From IMG/VR virus record IMGVR_UViG_3300027418_000007: 64,000 nucleotides of DNA. One strand, given 5' to 3'. Positions 20,871-30,797 of this stretch are shown piece after piece. Below the pieces are notes generated by a model. It ran no database searches. It was not told the DNA's origin and worked only from the letters and a program-made list of their open reading frames with translations. The stretch comes from an uncultured virus (IMG/VR IMGVR_UViG_3300027418_000007). Lineage: Duplodnaviria; Heunggongvirae; Uroviricota; Caudoviricetes. The position numbers and the translations under genes were made by a program. The first letter of the stretch is position 1; every line of letters begins with the position of its first letter.

Positions 20871-23699
20871 ATGCCTAATAATTCTGGAGTATTTTCATTA
20901 AGTAGTTACTATGATAAAGATTTAAGTGGAAATATTCCCGATAGAAGTAGGGAGGCATTTAGGGAGTATGGGTATTTTGGTGGTGGCGGAACACCTACAG
21001 TATCAACAGTAAATAGAGTTGATTACTCTAATGATACCACAACCACATCTGTTCGTGGTCCATTAAGTGGAGCAAGAAGATATTTTGCAGGAACTGGCAA
21101 TTCTAATTTTGGATATTTTTCTAGTAGTAATTCATCTATAGATAGAATTAATTATTCCAATGATAATGCAATAACATCGGTGAGAGGTCCATTAAGTTTA
21201 TATAGAAGTGATTTTGCGGCAACTGGGAATAATAATTTCGGATATTTTGGTGCTGGATACACACCATCAGTTCCAAATGTGAGATCAATAGTAGATAGAA
21301 TTGATTACTCAAATGATAATACAACTGCATTAGTTCGTGGTTCATTAAGTAAATCAAGATATGGGTTATTAGCAACAGGAAATTCTAACTTTGGTTATTA
21401 TACTGATGGATATCCTGATGGATCTGCATTATGTGATAGAATAAATTATTCAAACGATAGTGTTGTTGCATTAGTTAGAGGATCATTAATTCAATCTAAA
21501 CAATATGGTGGTGCAACGGGAAATTCTAATTTTGGATATTTTGGGGGTGGACTAGGTGGAGGAACTTCTACTGAAAGATCTTCTATTTCACGGGTTACTT
21601 ATTCAAATGATACAGTAACATCATCACCAAGAGGTCCATTAAGTTTATCAAGAAGAGCAGTAGCAGCAACTGGTAATTCTAATTTTGGTTATTTTGGTGG
21701 AGGAAATCCACAACCAGCAACACCAAGATATTCTACAATAGATCGTATAGATTACTCTAATGATACAGTAACAGCATCATTAAGAGGTCCATTAAGTGTT
21801 GGTGTTGGTGATTTAGCAGCAACCTCCTCCTCCTCATTCGGTGGTTCTCCAATCTCACAATACGGAGTGTTTGCAAAACCTTTTGGGTATTTTGGAGGTG
21901 GTAATCTTCCTGGAAATGCATCAACAATAGATCGTATAGATTATTCTAGTGATACTTCATCCGCATCAGTAAGAGGACGACTAACGCTAGCAAGATATGG
22001 TATGGGAGCAACGGGAAACTCTAACTTTGGTTATTTTGGTGGTGGTAATCCCACCACATCAATAATAGACCGCATAAATTATACTAACGATTTAGCAACA
22101 ACACTGGTTAGAGGTGTATTGAGTTTATCAAAATCACAACATTCTGCAGTAGGAAATCTTAATTTTGGTTATTTTTGTGGAGGGTTTCCTGCTAATTTAT
22201 CATCAGTAGATAGAATATCCTATTCAAATGATACATCTATAGGATTACCTAGAGGTCCATTAAGTTTAGCAAGATTTGGACTAGCAGCAACAGGAACTTC
22301 TAATTTTGGATATAATGCTGGTGGATGGGCACCTAATGCAGTATCAACAATAGATCGTATAAATTATTCAAATGATAATTCATCTGCATTAAATCGTAAT
22401 TCTTTATTAAACAATGCATATTCATTAGCAGCAACAGGAAATTCTAATTTTGGATATTTTTCTACTGGATATGTTGGACCAGCAGAAACTTCAATAATAT
22501 ATCGTCTTGATTATTCTAATGATACCACTGCAGTTTCTACAAGAGGACCATTATCACAAGGAAGAAGAGATTTAACTGCAACAGGAAATTCTAACTTTGG
22601 TTATTTTGGCGGAGGAATTCCTCAAGCAGGAAGTCCATTATATTCAATAGTAGATCGTATAGATTATTCAAATGATACTGCAACAGCATCTGTAAGAGGA
22701 CCATTGAGTTCCGCAAGAAGCTATGTAGCAGCAACCTCACCAACCTCATTCGGTGGCGCAACAGACTTCCAACCAACTTCAACATTCTTTGATATTCAGT
22801 CAATGAGAAGAATTGAAGATACTACAAATGCCAGTGTGAAGAAGAGAGCACTGGGGTCTTATGGGTATTTTGGTGGTGGGGCAGGTCCAACAAATTACTC
22901 AACAATAGACCGTATAGATTATTCAAATGACTTAGCAACAGCAAGTGCAAGAGGTCCATTAAGTGCTGCAAGATATAGATTAGCCGCAACAGGAAATTCT
23001 AATTTTGGTTATTTTGGTGGTGGTGTTGGTAGTGCTTTAATAACAAGAATTGATTATTCAAATGATATCTCTACTGCTACAAATAGAAACTCATTATCAT
23101 CGGAAAAAGCAGCAACTGCAGCATCTGGAAATTCTAATTTTGGTTATTTTGGTGGAGGTGGAGGTATATCAAGAGTAGACCGCATAGATTACTCAAACGA
23201 TACACCAATAGCATCGGTGCGAGGACCATTGAGTTCCGCAAGATCTTATTTTTCAGCAACAGGAAACTCTAATTTTGGATATTTTGGTGGTGGTTTTCCT
23301 GGACCAGTATCAACAGTAGATCGTATAAATTATTCCAATGATACTCAAACAGCAAATGTTAGAGGACCATTAAGTTTAGCAAGAGCATTAGTAGCAGCAA
23401 CAGGAAATTCTAATTTTGGATACTTTGGCGGTGGAACACCAGATGGCACAACATTAGTAGACCGTATAGATTACTCTAATGATACTGCAACAGCATCTGT
23501 TCGTGGAGGAATTGGATCGAGAAGATACCATTCGGCAACAGGAAATTCTAATTTTGGTTATTTTGGTGGTGGTGGGGGACCAATAGCAACAGTGAACCGT
23601 ATAGATTATGCTAATGATACAGCACAAGCAAGCACCAGAGGACCTTTAAGTTTAGCAAGAGGAGATTTAGCAGCAACAACCAACGCCAGAAATTCCTAA
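20871..23699 (+). CDS. Kelch-like triple beta-propeller protein, paralogue 2
   Basis: 18 GY-x-GG type repeats counted as 6+6+6. ATG at 20871 preferred over TTG at 20859. Confidence 0.78.
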   Translation: MPNNSGVFSLSSYYDKDLSGNIPDRSREAFREYGYFGGGGTPTVSTVNRVDYSNDTTTTSVRGPLSGARRYFAGTGNSNFGYFSSSNSSIDRINYSNDNAITSVRGPLSLYRSDFAATGNNNFGYFGAGYTPSVPNVRSIVDRIDYSNDNTTALVRGSLSKSRYGLLATGNSNFGYYTDGYPDGSALCDRINYSNDSVVALVRGSLIQSKQYGGATGNSNFGYFGGGLGGGTSTERSSISRVTYSNDTVTSSPRGPLSLSRRAVAATGNSNFGYFGGGNPQPATPRYSTIDRIDYSNDTVTASLRGPLSVGVGDLAATSSSSFGGSPISQYGVFAKPFGYFGGGNLPGNASTIDRIDYSSDTSSASVRGRLTLARYGMGATGNSNFGYFGGGNPTTSIIDRINYTNDLATTLVRGVLSLSKSQHSAVGNLNFGYFCGGFPANLSSVDRISYSNDTSIGLPRGPLSLARFGLAATGTSNFGYNAGGWAPNAVSTIDRINYSNDNSSALNRNSLLNNAYSLAATGNSNFGYFSTGYVGPAETSIIYRLDYSNDTTAVSTRGPLSQGRRDLTATGNSNFGYFGGGIPQAGSPLYSIVDRIDYSNDTATASVRGPLSSARSYVAATSPTSFGGATDFQPTSTFFDIQSMRRIEDTTNASVKKRALGSYGYFGGGAGPTNYSTIDRIDYSNDLATASARGPLSAARYRLAATGNSNFGYFGGGVGSALITRIDYSNDISTATNRNSLSSEKAATAASGNSNFGYFGGGGGISRVDRIDYSNDTPIASVRGPLSSARSYFSATGNSNFGYFGGGFPGPVSTVDRINYSNDTQTANVRGPLSLARALVAATGNSNFGYFGGGTPDGTTLVDRIDYSNDTATASVRGGIGSRRYHSATGNSNFGYFGGGGGPIATVNRIDYANDTAQASTRGPLSLARGDLAATTNARNS

Positions 23700-23728
23700 T
23701 AAATACCAACATAACATAATGAACCCCA

Positions 23729-24352
23729 ATGAGACGATCAATCATCATACTTGACGATTTCCACGAGAACCCAGAAGAAGTAAGAAACTACGCAATATCT
23801 GCAACTTACTCTAAAGAAGAATCCTCAACATATCCAGGTCTCAATTCCACAACTGGTTTTCAAGAGGATACATTAAAGTTAAAGATCGAAACACTTCTAC
23901 AAAAACCAATCAAACCATCAAATCCTTTTGGATACTTTAGATACTCTTGGAATACGGCAGATCAAGAGAACGAAAAACTACAAAAGTATCACGTAGATAA
24001 TGGTTGGGAATGGGGTGGAGTTTGTTATCTATCCACACCAGAACAACTCAAAGACAATCCAGATTCGGGAACACTCTTCGCAAGACACAAGGCACTCAAG
24101 ATAGATTCAACACCTAGAACCAAAGAAGAAGCAGAAATCTTTGGTTATACTCATTATGATGAACTAAGACAATCAATCATTTATGGAGATGGATTGGATT
24201 TGAATAAATGGGAAACCTATGCTAGGATACCACCAAAGTTTAATCGTTTAGTTTTATTCAGGTCTTGGATGTATCATAGTCATCATATCAACTTCGGTGA
24301 AATGAACCCAGCACAAAGTCGTTTAGTTCAATTATTCTTTTTTAATCTATGA
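23729..24352 (+). CDS. 2OG-Fe(II) oxygenase-like protein (DUF6445-like)
   Basis: HVD (HxD), distal His in MYHS, Arg in SRLVQLFF; AATAAATA promoter at 23698. Confidence 0.75.
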   Translation: MRRSIIILDDFHENPEEVRNYAISATYSKEESSTYPGLNSTTGFQEDTLKLKIETLLQKPIKPSNPFGYFRYSWNTADQENEKLQKYHVDNGWEWGGVCYLSTPEQLKDNPDSGTLFARHKALKIDSTPRTKEEAEIFGYTHYDELRQSIIYGDGLDLNKWETYARIPPKFNRLVLFRSWMYHSHHINFGEMNPAQSRLVQLFFFNL

Positions 24353-25194
24353 AATATGATATATCGTTCTTGGCAGGATTACCCAGAAGTGGTTCTACAT
24401 TACTTCGTTCAATCCTCAATCAAAATCCTTCATTACACTCAGGACCAATTTCACCATCAGTAGAACTTCTATATTACACCGATAAGTACTTTCAGTCCAG
24501 TGAGATGTTACTGGCATCACCAAATCCACAAGGTTGCTATGATGTTCTATCGAATATGATGGATCAATTCTATCACAATATAATGGAGCGAGAAGGCAAA
24601 TCAAAAATCATAGAATTCAACAGAGCAATTCCAAATAACATTGAACGCTTTAGAACTTACATTAAAGAAGATATAAAAATTGTATGTCCCGTAAGAAGTA
24701 TTCCAGAAATCCTTACAAGTTTTATTAGTTTGATTCATAGGAATAGTGATAAGGTTTCTTTTGTAGACCAGTATTTGATTGATAATAAGATTAAAGTGAA
24801 TGATGATACTCGTTGTGATTATTTGATGAGTGATTATGGAATCGTAGGGCAGGCATTGTTTGCAATGAGTCGTCCTTATTTGAGAGGTGAAGAGAACTTA
24901 TTGAAGATTGTGGAGTATGATGATTTGGTTGAGAGAACTGATGAGGTAATGAGGGAAGTATATGACTTCTGGGAACTTGAAAAATATCAGCATACTTATG
25001 AGAACTTGGAGAATAAGTATCCAGAGAATGATGTCTTTCAGTATAACTTGGAGGGTATGCATACTGTTGGTAGAACCATTAAGAAGACTTGTAAGAAACC
25101 AGAAGAAGTTTTAAGTGCTGAAATTATAGAAAAATATTCTGGTATGGAATACTGGAGATCTGATTGTTCCAATAATTATTACCTGACAATCTAA
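24349..25194 (+). CDS. PAPS-dependent sulfotransferase
   Basis: GLPRSGST motif, R-S-I-P-E-I-L-T-S and YDDLV; paralogue of 8881-9678. Confidence 0.85.
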   Translation: MKYDISFLAGLPRSGSTLLRSILNQNPSLHSGPISPSVELLYYTDKYFQSSEMLLASPNPQGCYDVLSNMMDQFYHNIMEREGKSKIIEFNRAIPNNIERFRTYIKEDIKIVCPVRSIPEILTSFISLIHRNSDKVSFVDQYLIDNKIKVNDDTRCDYLMSDYGIVGQALFAMSRPYLRGEENLLKIVEYDDLVERTDEVMREVYDFWELEKYQHTYENLENKYPENDVFQYNLEGMHTVGRTIKKTCKKPEEVLSAEIIEKYSGMEYWRSDCSNNYYLTI

Positions 25195-25222
25195 TAAATA
25201 ATAAAAAGGTGTCTAGTATCTG

Positions 25223-28069
25223 ATGGCGGACAATAAAACTATACAGAAAATATTTTCTTTGAGTGATTTTCGCAAGAAGCAGTTACTGGGCGAAGTTCCT
25301 GAGAGAACCAGAGAGACTTATAGGGAATATGGGTATTTTCTAGGAATTGGTGGACCATTAAATAGACTTGATTACTCAAACGATACAACAACTACAAATA
25401 GAAGAACATCAGTAAATCAATATTTTAGTGGTGGGGCAGGCAATTCTAATTTTGGATATATTATGGGAGGTAATAAATCTGGATTTAATTATATAACGGA
25501 TATTAAACGTATTGATTATTCTAATGATACTAATATTTTATCTAGGGGGGGTTTAACAATTGGAAGATCCTATACAGGAGCAACAGGAAACTCTAACTTT
25601 GGATATATTGCGGGGGGAATTACTAGTGCTACACCTGCATATATTTCTACCACAGAAAGAATAAATTATTCCAATGATAATACCACAGCATCAATTAGAG
25701 GTCCTTTAACAATATCAAGAGGTATACTTGCAACAGGAAACTCCAACTTTGGTTATTTTGGTGGGAGCGGACAAGCCCCATCTGGAGGATCTACAGTAGA
25801 CCGTATAGATTATTCTAATGATAGTGCAACAGCATTATCTAGAGGTAATATACAAAATTCTAGTTTTAGTTTTAGTGCGACTGGAAATAATAATTTTGGA
25901 TATTTTTTAACAGGTTGGGGAACATCTTCATCACATCGTTTAAATTATGCTAATGATACTGCATTATTATCAATTAGAGGATCTTTAAGTTTTCCAAAAT
26001 TTTGGTGGCCTGGTTCTACAGGAAATTCTAATTTTGGTTACTCTGTTGGGGGATCTACTACAAGTTCTCAAGGTCAAGCAGTTTCTACTGTTGATAGAAT
26101 AGATTATAGCAATGATTTAGTAACCGCTTCTGTTCGTGGACCATTATCAAATGTTGATCTTACAATTGCAGCAACCTCCTCTGCATCTTTCGGTGGTGCT
26201 AAAAACTCTGCCTTCGCATCAAACCTCACATTCCCAACCGTCCCAAATGCTGGGTATTTTGGTGGTGGAACCGATGGAACGAATAGTCTTGCAACAATTG
26301 ATAAGGTAGATTATGCGAATGATACAGCAACTGCAAGTGTTCGAAGTTCTTTGAGTAGCGCAAAGATTTATGTAAAAAGTGTTAGTAATAATAATTTTGG
26401 ATATTATAATGGGGCAACTGCATATCCAGCAACTTCAAGCACTATCGATAGAATTGAATTTTCATCGGACACTCAAAATACAGTTGTTAGAGGACCATTA
26501 AGTATAGCAAGAAATAGAGGTGCTGCAACTGGTAATTCTAACTTTGGGTATTTTGGGGGTGGTTATGCTCCAGGAAATAGTTCTACAATAGATCGTATTG
26601 ACTATTCAAATGATAGTGCAAATGCATCCAATAGATGTTTATTGACACTAGCAAGAAGAGATTTTTCAGCAACAGGAAATCAAAACTTTGGTTACTTTGG
26701 TGGTGGGTTTTCAAGTGTCGTAGTTCCTGTTGTTGATAGACTTGACTATTCAAATGATACATTAAATACTTTGAGTAGAGGGGGTATAAATGCAAGATAT
26801 GATAATATAGCAGTTGGAAATCAAAACTTTGGTTACTTTGGTGGAGGAACTCCTGGAGTATCTTCAGTAGATCGTTTAGATTATTCAAATGATACACAAA
26901 CATCATCGGTACGAGGTCCATTGAGTTCTGGTAGAGGATCCTCTGCTGTAACTGGGAATAATAATTTTGGATATATTGGTGGAGGATTTACCCCTTCTGG
27001 ATCACCAATTTATTACTCAACAACAGACCGCATCAACTACTCAAACGATACTGCAATCGCATCGGTGAGAGGACCACTACCAGTTGCTAAATCTTCTGGT
27101 GCAGCAACCTCTCCATTAGGATACGGAGGTGCTCCAATTTACTTCACCAATCCACTTCCAGAGGTCTTCCAGAAGCAGATAGTATTTAATGATTCTAATA
27201 CTTTAAGTTCCAATATGCCATTTAAGAGAGTATTAGGGTCTTATGGGTATTTTAATGCTTGTGGTTCTAATGGACCTGTAACCACAATTATAAATCGCAT
27301 AGATTACTCTAATGATACATCAATAGCATCGACAAGAGGCCCTCTAAGTATTGCAAGAAGATGGACAGTTGGTCTATCAAATCAAAATTTTGGGTATATT
27401 TCTGGAGGACAAGGTAGTACAAATATGGACCGCATAGATTATTCAAATGATACTTCAAATGCAAGATTTTTAATAACCATTACTGGAGAACAAGGAGGAG
27501 GATTTTCAAATAATTTTTATGGATATGTTTTTGCAAATACTAGTTTATTTACTCGTCTAGATTTTTCAAATGATAGTGGATTAACTTTACAAAGAGGAAG
27601 AATGATAACCACTAGAAATACCAGTGGTTGTACTTCTACAGACTTTTTTGCTTATATTTCTGGAGATATTTCTAGAGTCGATAGAGTAAATTATTCTAAC
27701 GATACTGCAACTGCTCTTGTAAGAGGAACACTTAATTTAGCTAGATATAATATATCTGCAACCGGAAACTCTAACTTTGGATATTTTGGTGGTGGATATA
27801 GTAATATATCTTCTGTAGAAAGAGTAGATTATTCAAATGATACTGCATTAGCATCATTGCGAGGTAATTTTAATTTTGGTAGAAATGCCAATGCTGCTAC
27901 TGGTAATCAATCTTATGGTTGGTTTAGTTCAGGACAACAAGGAGGAAATTATCCGTCTAGAGTGGAAAGAATAGATTTTTCTAACGATTTATCTTTGGCT
28001 TCTATTAGAGGTCCATTAACAAATTCTAGTTTTTTTGGGACAGCAACCACCAACGCAAGATCCTCATAA
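25223..28069 (+). CDS. Kelch-like triple beta-propeller protein, paralogue 3
   Basis: Same repeat and TTNARSS C-terminus as paralogue 1; AATAAATA at 25193. Confidence 0.75.
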   Translation: MADNKTIQKIFSLSDFRKKQLLGEVPERTRETYREYGYFLGIGGPLNRLDYSNDTTTTNRRTSVNQYFSGGAGNSNFGYIMGGNKSGFNYITDIKRIDYSNDTNILSRGGLTIGRSYTGATGNSNFGYIAGGITSATPAYISTTERINYSNDNTTASIRGPLTISRGILATGNSNFGYFGGSGQAPSGGSTVDRIDYSNDSATALSRGNIQNSSFSFSATGNNNFGYFLTGWGTSSSHRLNYANDTALLSIRGSLSFPKFWWPGSTGNSNFGYSVGGSTTSSQGQAVSTVDRIDYSNDLVTASVRGPLSNVDLTIAATSSASFGGAKNSAFASNLTFPTVPNAGYFGGGTDGTNSLATIDKVDYANDTATASVRSSLSSAKIYVKSVSNNNFGYYNGATAYPATSSTIDRIEFSSDTQNTVVRGPLSIARNRGAATGNSNFGYFGGGYAPGNSSTIDRIDYSNDSANASNRCLLTLARRDFSATGNQNFGYFGGGFSSVVVPVVDRLDYSNDTLNTLSRGGINARYDNIAVGNQNFGYFGGGTPGVSSVDRLDYSNDTQTSSVRGPLSSGRGSSAVTGNNNFGYIGGGFTPSGSPIYYSTTDRINYSNDTAIASVRGPLPVAKSSGAATSPLGYGGAPIYFTNPLPEVFQKQIVFNDSNTLSSNMPFKRVLGSYGYFNACGSNGPVTTIINRIDYSNDTSIASTRGPLSIARRWTVGLSNQNFGYISGGQGSTNMDRIDYSNDTSNARFLITITGEQGGGFSNNFYGYVFANTSLFTRLDFSNDSGLTLQRGRMITTRNTSGCTSTDFFAYISGDISRVDRVNYSNDTATALVRGTLNLARYNISATGNSNFGYFGGGYSNISSVERVDYSNDTALASLRGNFNFGRNANAATGNQSYGWFSSGQQGGNYPSRVERIDFSNDLSLASIRGPLTNSSFFGTATTNARSS

Positions 28070-28093
28070 ATACTACGAACAACTCATATCATT

Positions 28094-28768
28094 ATGAATT
28101 TATTATCAAACATCTTGATTGAACCACAAGTCCTCACACAAGAAGCACTACAAGAACTTCAAGAACACGCAAGAAACTCAAGCACAACTGATCTATCAGT
28201 CTTTGACCCAGACAAAACCAATGAAACAGGTGAGACTTCTTGGATTGTTGATAAAAATATAAGAGACACACAAATCATTGAGTTTGGTCCTTTGTTTCCA
28301 AAGATTGAAGATCTTTTTAAGAACCTTGTAAGAAACATTATTAATCCTTTTTATGGTATTGAAGTGTGGGATAGTGAAGTTCCACAATTTTTGAGGTATG
28401 GTGTAGGAGGTCATTATGCACCTCATATTGATGGTAGGTCTATATGGGTTGCTCCAAATGGTGATAAGATTTGGAGAAAATCAACAGACAGATCATTATC
28501 CATAGTACTTTTTTGTAATGATGGAAACGGTAAAGATTTTGATGGTGGAAACTTTATGTTCCCTGAACTTGGTATAGAAGTTCCACCAAAAGCAGGGACA
28601 CTTGTGTGTTTTCCATCAGATCAAAACTATTTGCACGGCGTTCGGGAAGTTACTAAAATTCATAATGAAGTTGGAAGATTGGCAATTGTATCGTGGGCTA
28701 GAGTTAAAGGAGAAAGAACAAAAGAAGAAGAAGATCAAGAACTTTTAGAAACTTATGGAGTTAACTAA
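28094..28768 (+). CDS. 2OG-Fe(II) dioxygenase (prolyl-4-hydroxylase-like)
   Basis: QFLRY..GGHY.PHID, FDGGNF.F, FPS...YLHGV.EV and R motifs; CATAAATA at 28065. Confidence 0.88.
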   Translation: MNLLSNILIEPQVLTQEALQELQEHARNSSTTDLSVFDPDKTNETGETSWIVDKNIRDTQIIEFGPLFPKIEDLFKNLVRNIINPFYGIEVWDSEVPQFLRYGVGGHYAPHIDGRSIWVAPNGDKIWRKSTDRSLSIVLFCNDGNGKDFDGGNFMFPELGIEVPPKAGTLVCFPSDQNYLHGVREVTKIHNEVGRLAIVSWARVKGERTKEEEDQELLETYGVN

Positions 28769-28798
28769 ATAATACAAAGATCTTATAAGTTTAGAGAA

Positions 28799-29344
28799 AT
28801 GCAATACTTAAAGCATTATTGGGTTCGTAATGGAGAATATCTAACTGAACCAGGTCAAAATGGTCCTCTACAAAGTCATTCAAATATTTCAGGATTGGAT
28901 GTTCGTTATTGGTTGACTGATGATCGTGGAGTTGATTATTGCCTTTCAACGGTTCCAGATAATACTCTAATCACCGAAGTTGATCCTGGTCTTGAGATTC
29001 TTACCAGAGAAGAATGGGATGCAATCGTTGCAACCATTCCTGCACCAGAACCTCAACCACAACCACCCGGTAGTCCTGATTGGAATACATTTAAGCAATC
29101 TGCTGTTGCTTCTGTTCTACTCAATACCTTTGTTGGACAATTAATTAGTATTGCACCTGTTGCCGCAACGGCACTTCCTGCAACTCTACTTCTTATTGAA
29201 TCTGGAAACTATCAAGATTTTGAGAATACTTGGACCGCAATTGAAAACGCAACCACAGTTCCAACCGAACTAATTGCCGAATTCACAACTCTTGCAGAGT
29301 CTTGTAATCTGCCAGAAGACTTTGTAAATATTTTTGCTACTTGA
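28799..29344 (+). CDS. Hypothetical protein
   Basis: 181-aa ORF with two parts joined by a Pro-rich linker; ACTAAATA upstream. Confidence 0.6.
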   Translation: MQYLKHYWVRNGEYLTEPGQNGPLQSHSNISGLDVRYWLTDDRGVDYCLSTVPDNTLITEVDPGLEILTREEWDAIVATIPAPEPQPQPPGSPDWNTFKQSAVASVLLNTFVGQLISIAPVAATALPATLLLIESGNYQDFENTWTAIENATTVPTELIAEFTTLAESCNLPEDFVNIFAT

Positions 29345-29369
29345 CACCTGACTCAAAATCCCTTATAAT
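29341..29369 (+). promoter_or_regulatory. Consensus sigma70-type promoter
   Basis: TTGACA-N17-TATAAT. Confidence 0.85.
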
Positions 29370-29374
29370 ATAAA

Positions 29375-29472
29375 GGTCTTCAGCATTCCTTGTATCTTTG
29401 GGAATGAAGACCCTTTCTGTGGTGAGAAAGGTAAGGTGGTATCATAGGAGGAGAGAAATCTCCTCTTTTTTC
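29375..29472 (+). ncRNA. Candidate structured small RNA (~97 nt)
   Basis: Lies between a perfect promoter and an intrinsic terminator; two predicted hairpins; no plausible ORF. Confidence 0.6.
29448..29472 (+). terminator. Intrinsic terminator
   Basis: GAGGAGA-GAAA-TCTCCTC followed by T7. Confidence 0.85.
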
Positions 29473-29503
29473 TTATATAAATTATTACAGATATTAAACA
29501 ATT

Positions 29504-29740
29504 ATGAACTTTACCATATATTCTAAGGATGATTGTCCTTTCTGCTATAAAGTTAAACAAGTTTTAGAGTTGACAGGAAATAACTTTGTGGTGTATAATC
29601 TTAATAAGGATTTCACCAGAGAAGAGTTCTATGCCGAGTTTGGAGAAGATTCCACATTTCCACAGGTTATTTGTGACGACAAGAGATTGGGCGGTTGCAC
29701 TGACACCGTTAAGTTTCTGAAGGAACAGCAAATGGTATAA
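29504..29740 (+). CDS. nrdC: Glutaredoxin (NrdC-like)
   Basis: CPFC active site, TFPQV and LGG motifs. Confidence 0.9.
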   Translation: MNFTIYSKDDCPFCYKVKQVLELTGNNFVVYNLNKDFTREEFYAEFGEDSTFPQVICDDKRLGGCTDTVKFLKEQQMV

Positions 29741-29916
29741 TGTCAGACATAAATAATGATATAACACCGAACCGTGGTGTAGAACTTATACTTACTGGAG
29801 GAAAAAGAAAACAACCTAAACTTTTTCATCTTATATTTGAGAAGATGATTTCATTCTTCAAACGAGAAGTAACCATCTATCTTGAATTTTCGATAAAGTC
29901 AAGGAAAGTCGAGTAG
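29740..29916 (+). CDS. Small hypothetical protein (58 aa, not in ORF track)
   Basis: TAATG overlap with the glutaredoxin stop; MSDINNDITPNRGVELILTGG... Confidence 0.6.
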   Translation: MSDINNDITPNRGVELILTGGKRKQPKLFHLIFEKMISFFKREVTIYLEFSIKSRKVE

Positions 29917-29933
29917 TTTCCCAGGAGAAAAAA

Positions 29934-30179
29934 ATGTTGGCAACTAGTTTAGTTATAGGTTCATTCTTAACCGTACTATTTTTTATAATGGGTCTCATGT
30001 TGGGTTGGGTCGGCAGAGAATATATGATGACTCATCAGGAAGGACCAAAGCAAATTGCCTATCATCCAGAGTTTTATAATAAGGATGGCGATCTTATTGA
30101 CGAAGAAATCGTTTCCGTAAGATTTGAACCAGGATACTTTGATGGTATTGATGATGAAGATGATGATGAAGAAGAATAA
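29934..30179 (+). CDS. Small membrane protein
   Basis: AGGAG RBS, N-terminal hydrophobic helix, acidic tail. Confidence 0.7.
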   Translation: MLATSLVIGSFLTVLFFIMGLMLGWVGREYMMTHQEGPKQIAYHPEFYNKDGDLIDEEIVSVRFEPGYFDGIDDEDDDEEE

Positions 30180-30221
30180 ACTCTAAATATCATTAAGATT
30201 ATAATTACATATTAAACAATT

Positions 30222-30797
30222 ATGACAGCGACAAAAACAAAAGCAAAAACAACTCCAGCGGTAAGTATTGATTTGCCAGCAAATCCTTTTACCTTTGAGG
30301 TTCTGAATTTAGTATCTAAGCAAAGAACCAATATTAAAAAAGTTGAAGTTCTACAAAAATATAATGACCCATCACTCAGGGCAATTTTTATCTGGAACTT
30401 TGATGAAAGTTTGACATCTGCTCTTCCAGTAGGTATTGTTCCTTATTCAAGTGTGGGAGAGCAAGGTTCATTTAGTGGAACCCTGAGTGAGAAGATTGAT
30501 GATGCCGTAGGGAAAATGAGTGAACTTGGTTCCAATTCACTTGGATCACAAGATCAGGGTTTTTCATCAATTCGCAAAGAATATTCAAAGTTTTATAATT
30601 TTATTAAGGGTGGTAATGATAGTCTGAGTTCTCTTCGTAGAGAAACTATGTTTATTAATGTTCTACAAGGTCTTCATCCTTTAGAAGCAGAGATTCTGTG
30701 TTTGGTAAAAGATAAAAAACTTGAGACGAAATATAAAATTACAAAAGAACTTGTTTCTCAGGCATACCCAGAAATTGTATGGGGAGGTCGTTCGTGA
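30222..30797 (+). CDS. Conserved T4-like phage hypothetical protein
   Basis: LRRETMFI..LQGLHP.EAEIL motif typical of cyanomyovirus core hypotheticals. Confidence 0.7.
   Translation: MTATKTKAKTTPAVSIDLPANPFTFEVLNLVSKQRTNIKKVEVLQKYNDPSLRAIFIWNFDESLTSALPVGIVPYSSVGEQGSFSGTLSEKIDDAVGKMSELGSNSLGSQDQGFSSIRKEYSKFYNFIKGGNDSLSSLRRETMFINVLQGLHPLEAEILCLVKDKKLETKYKITKELVSQAYPEIVWGGRS

Noticed and set aside
10153..28069. Diversity-generating retroelement behind the paralogous fibre and propeller genes
   Set aside because: No reverse transcriptase in the window, and no template/variable repeat pair with adenine-specific mismatches was seen.
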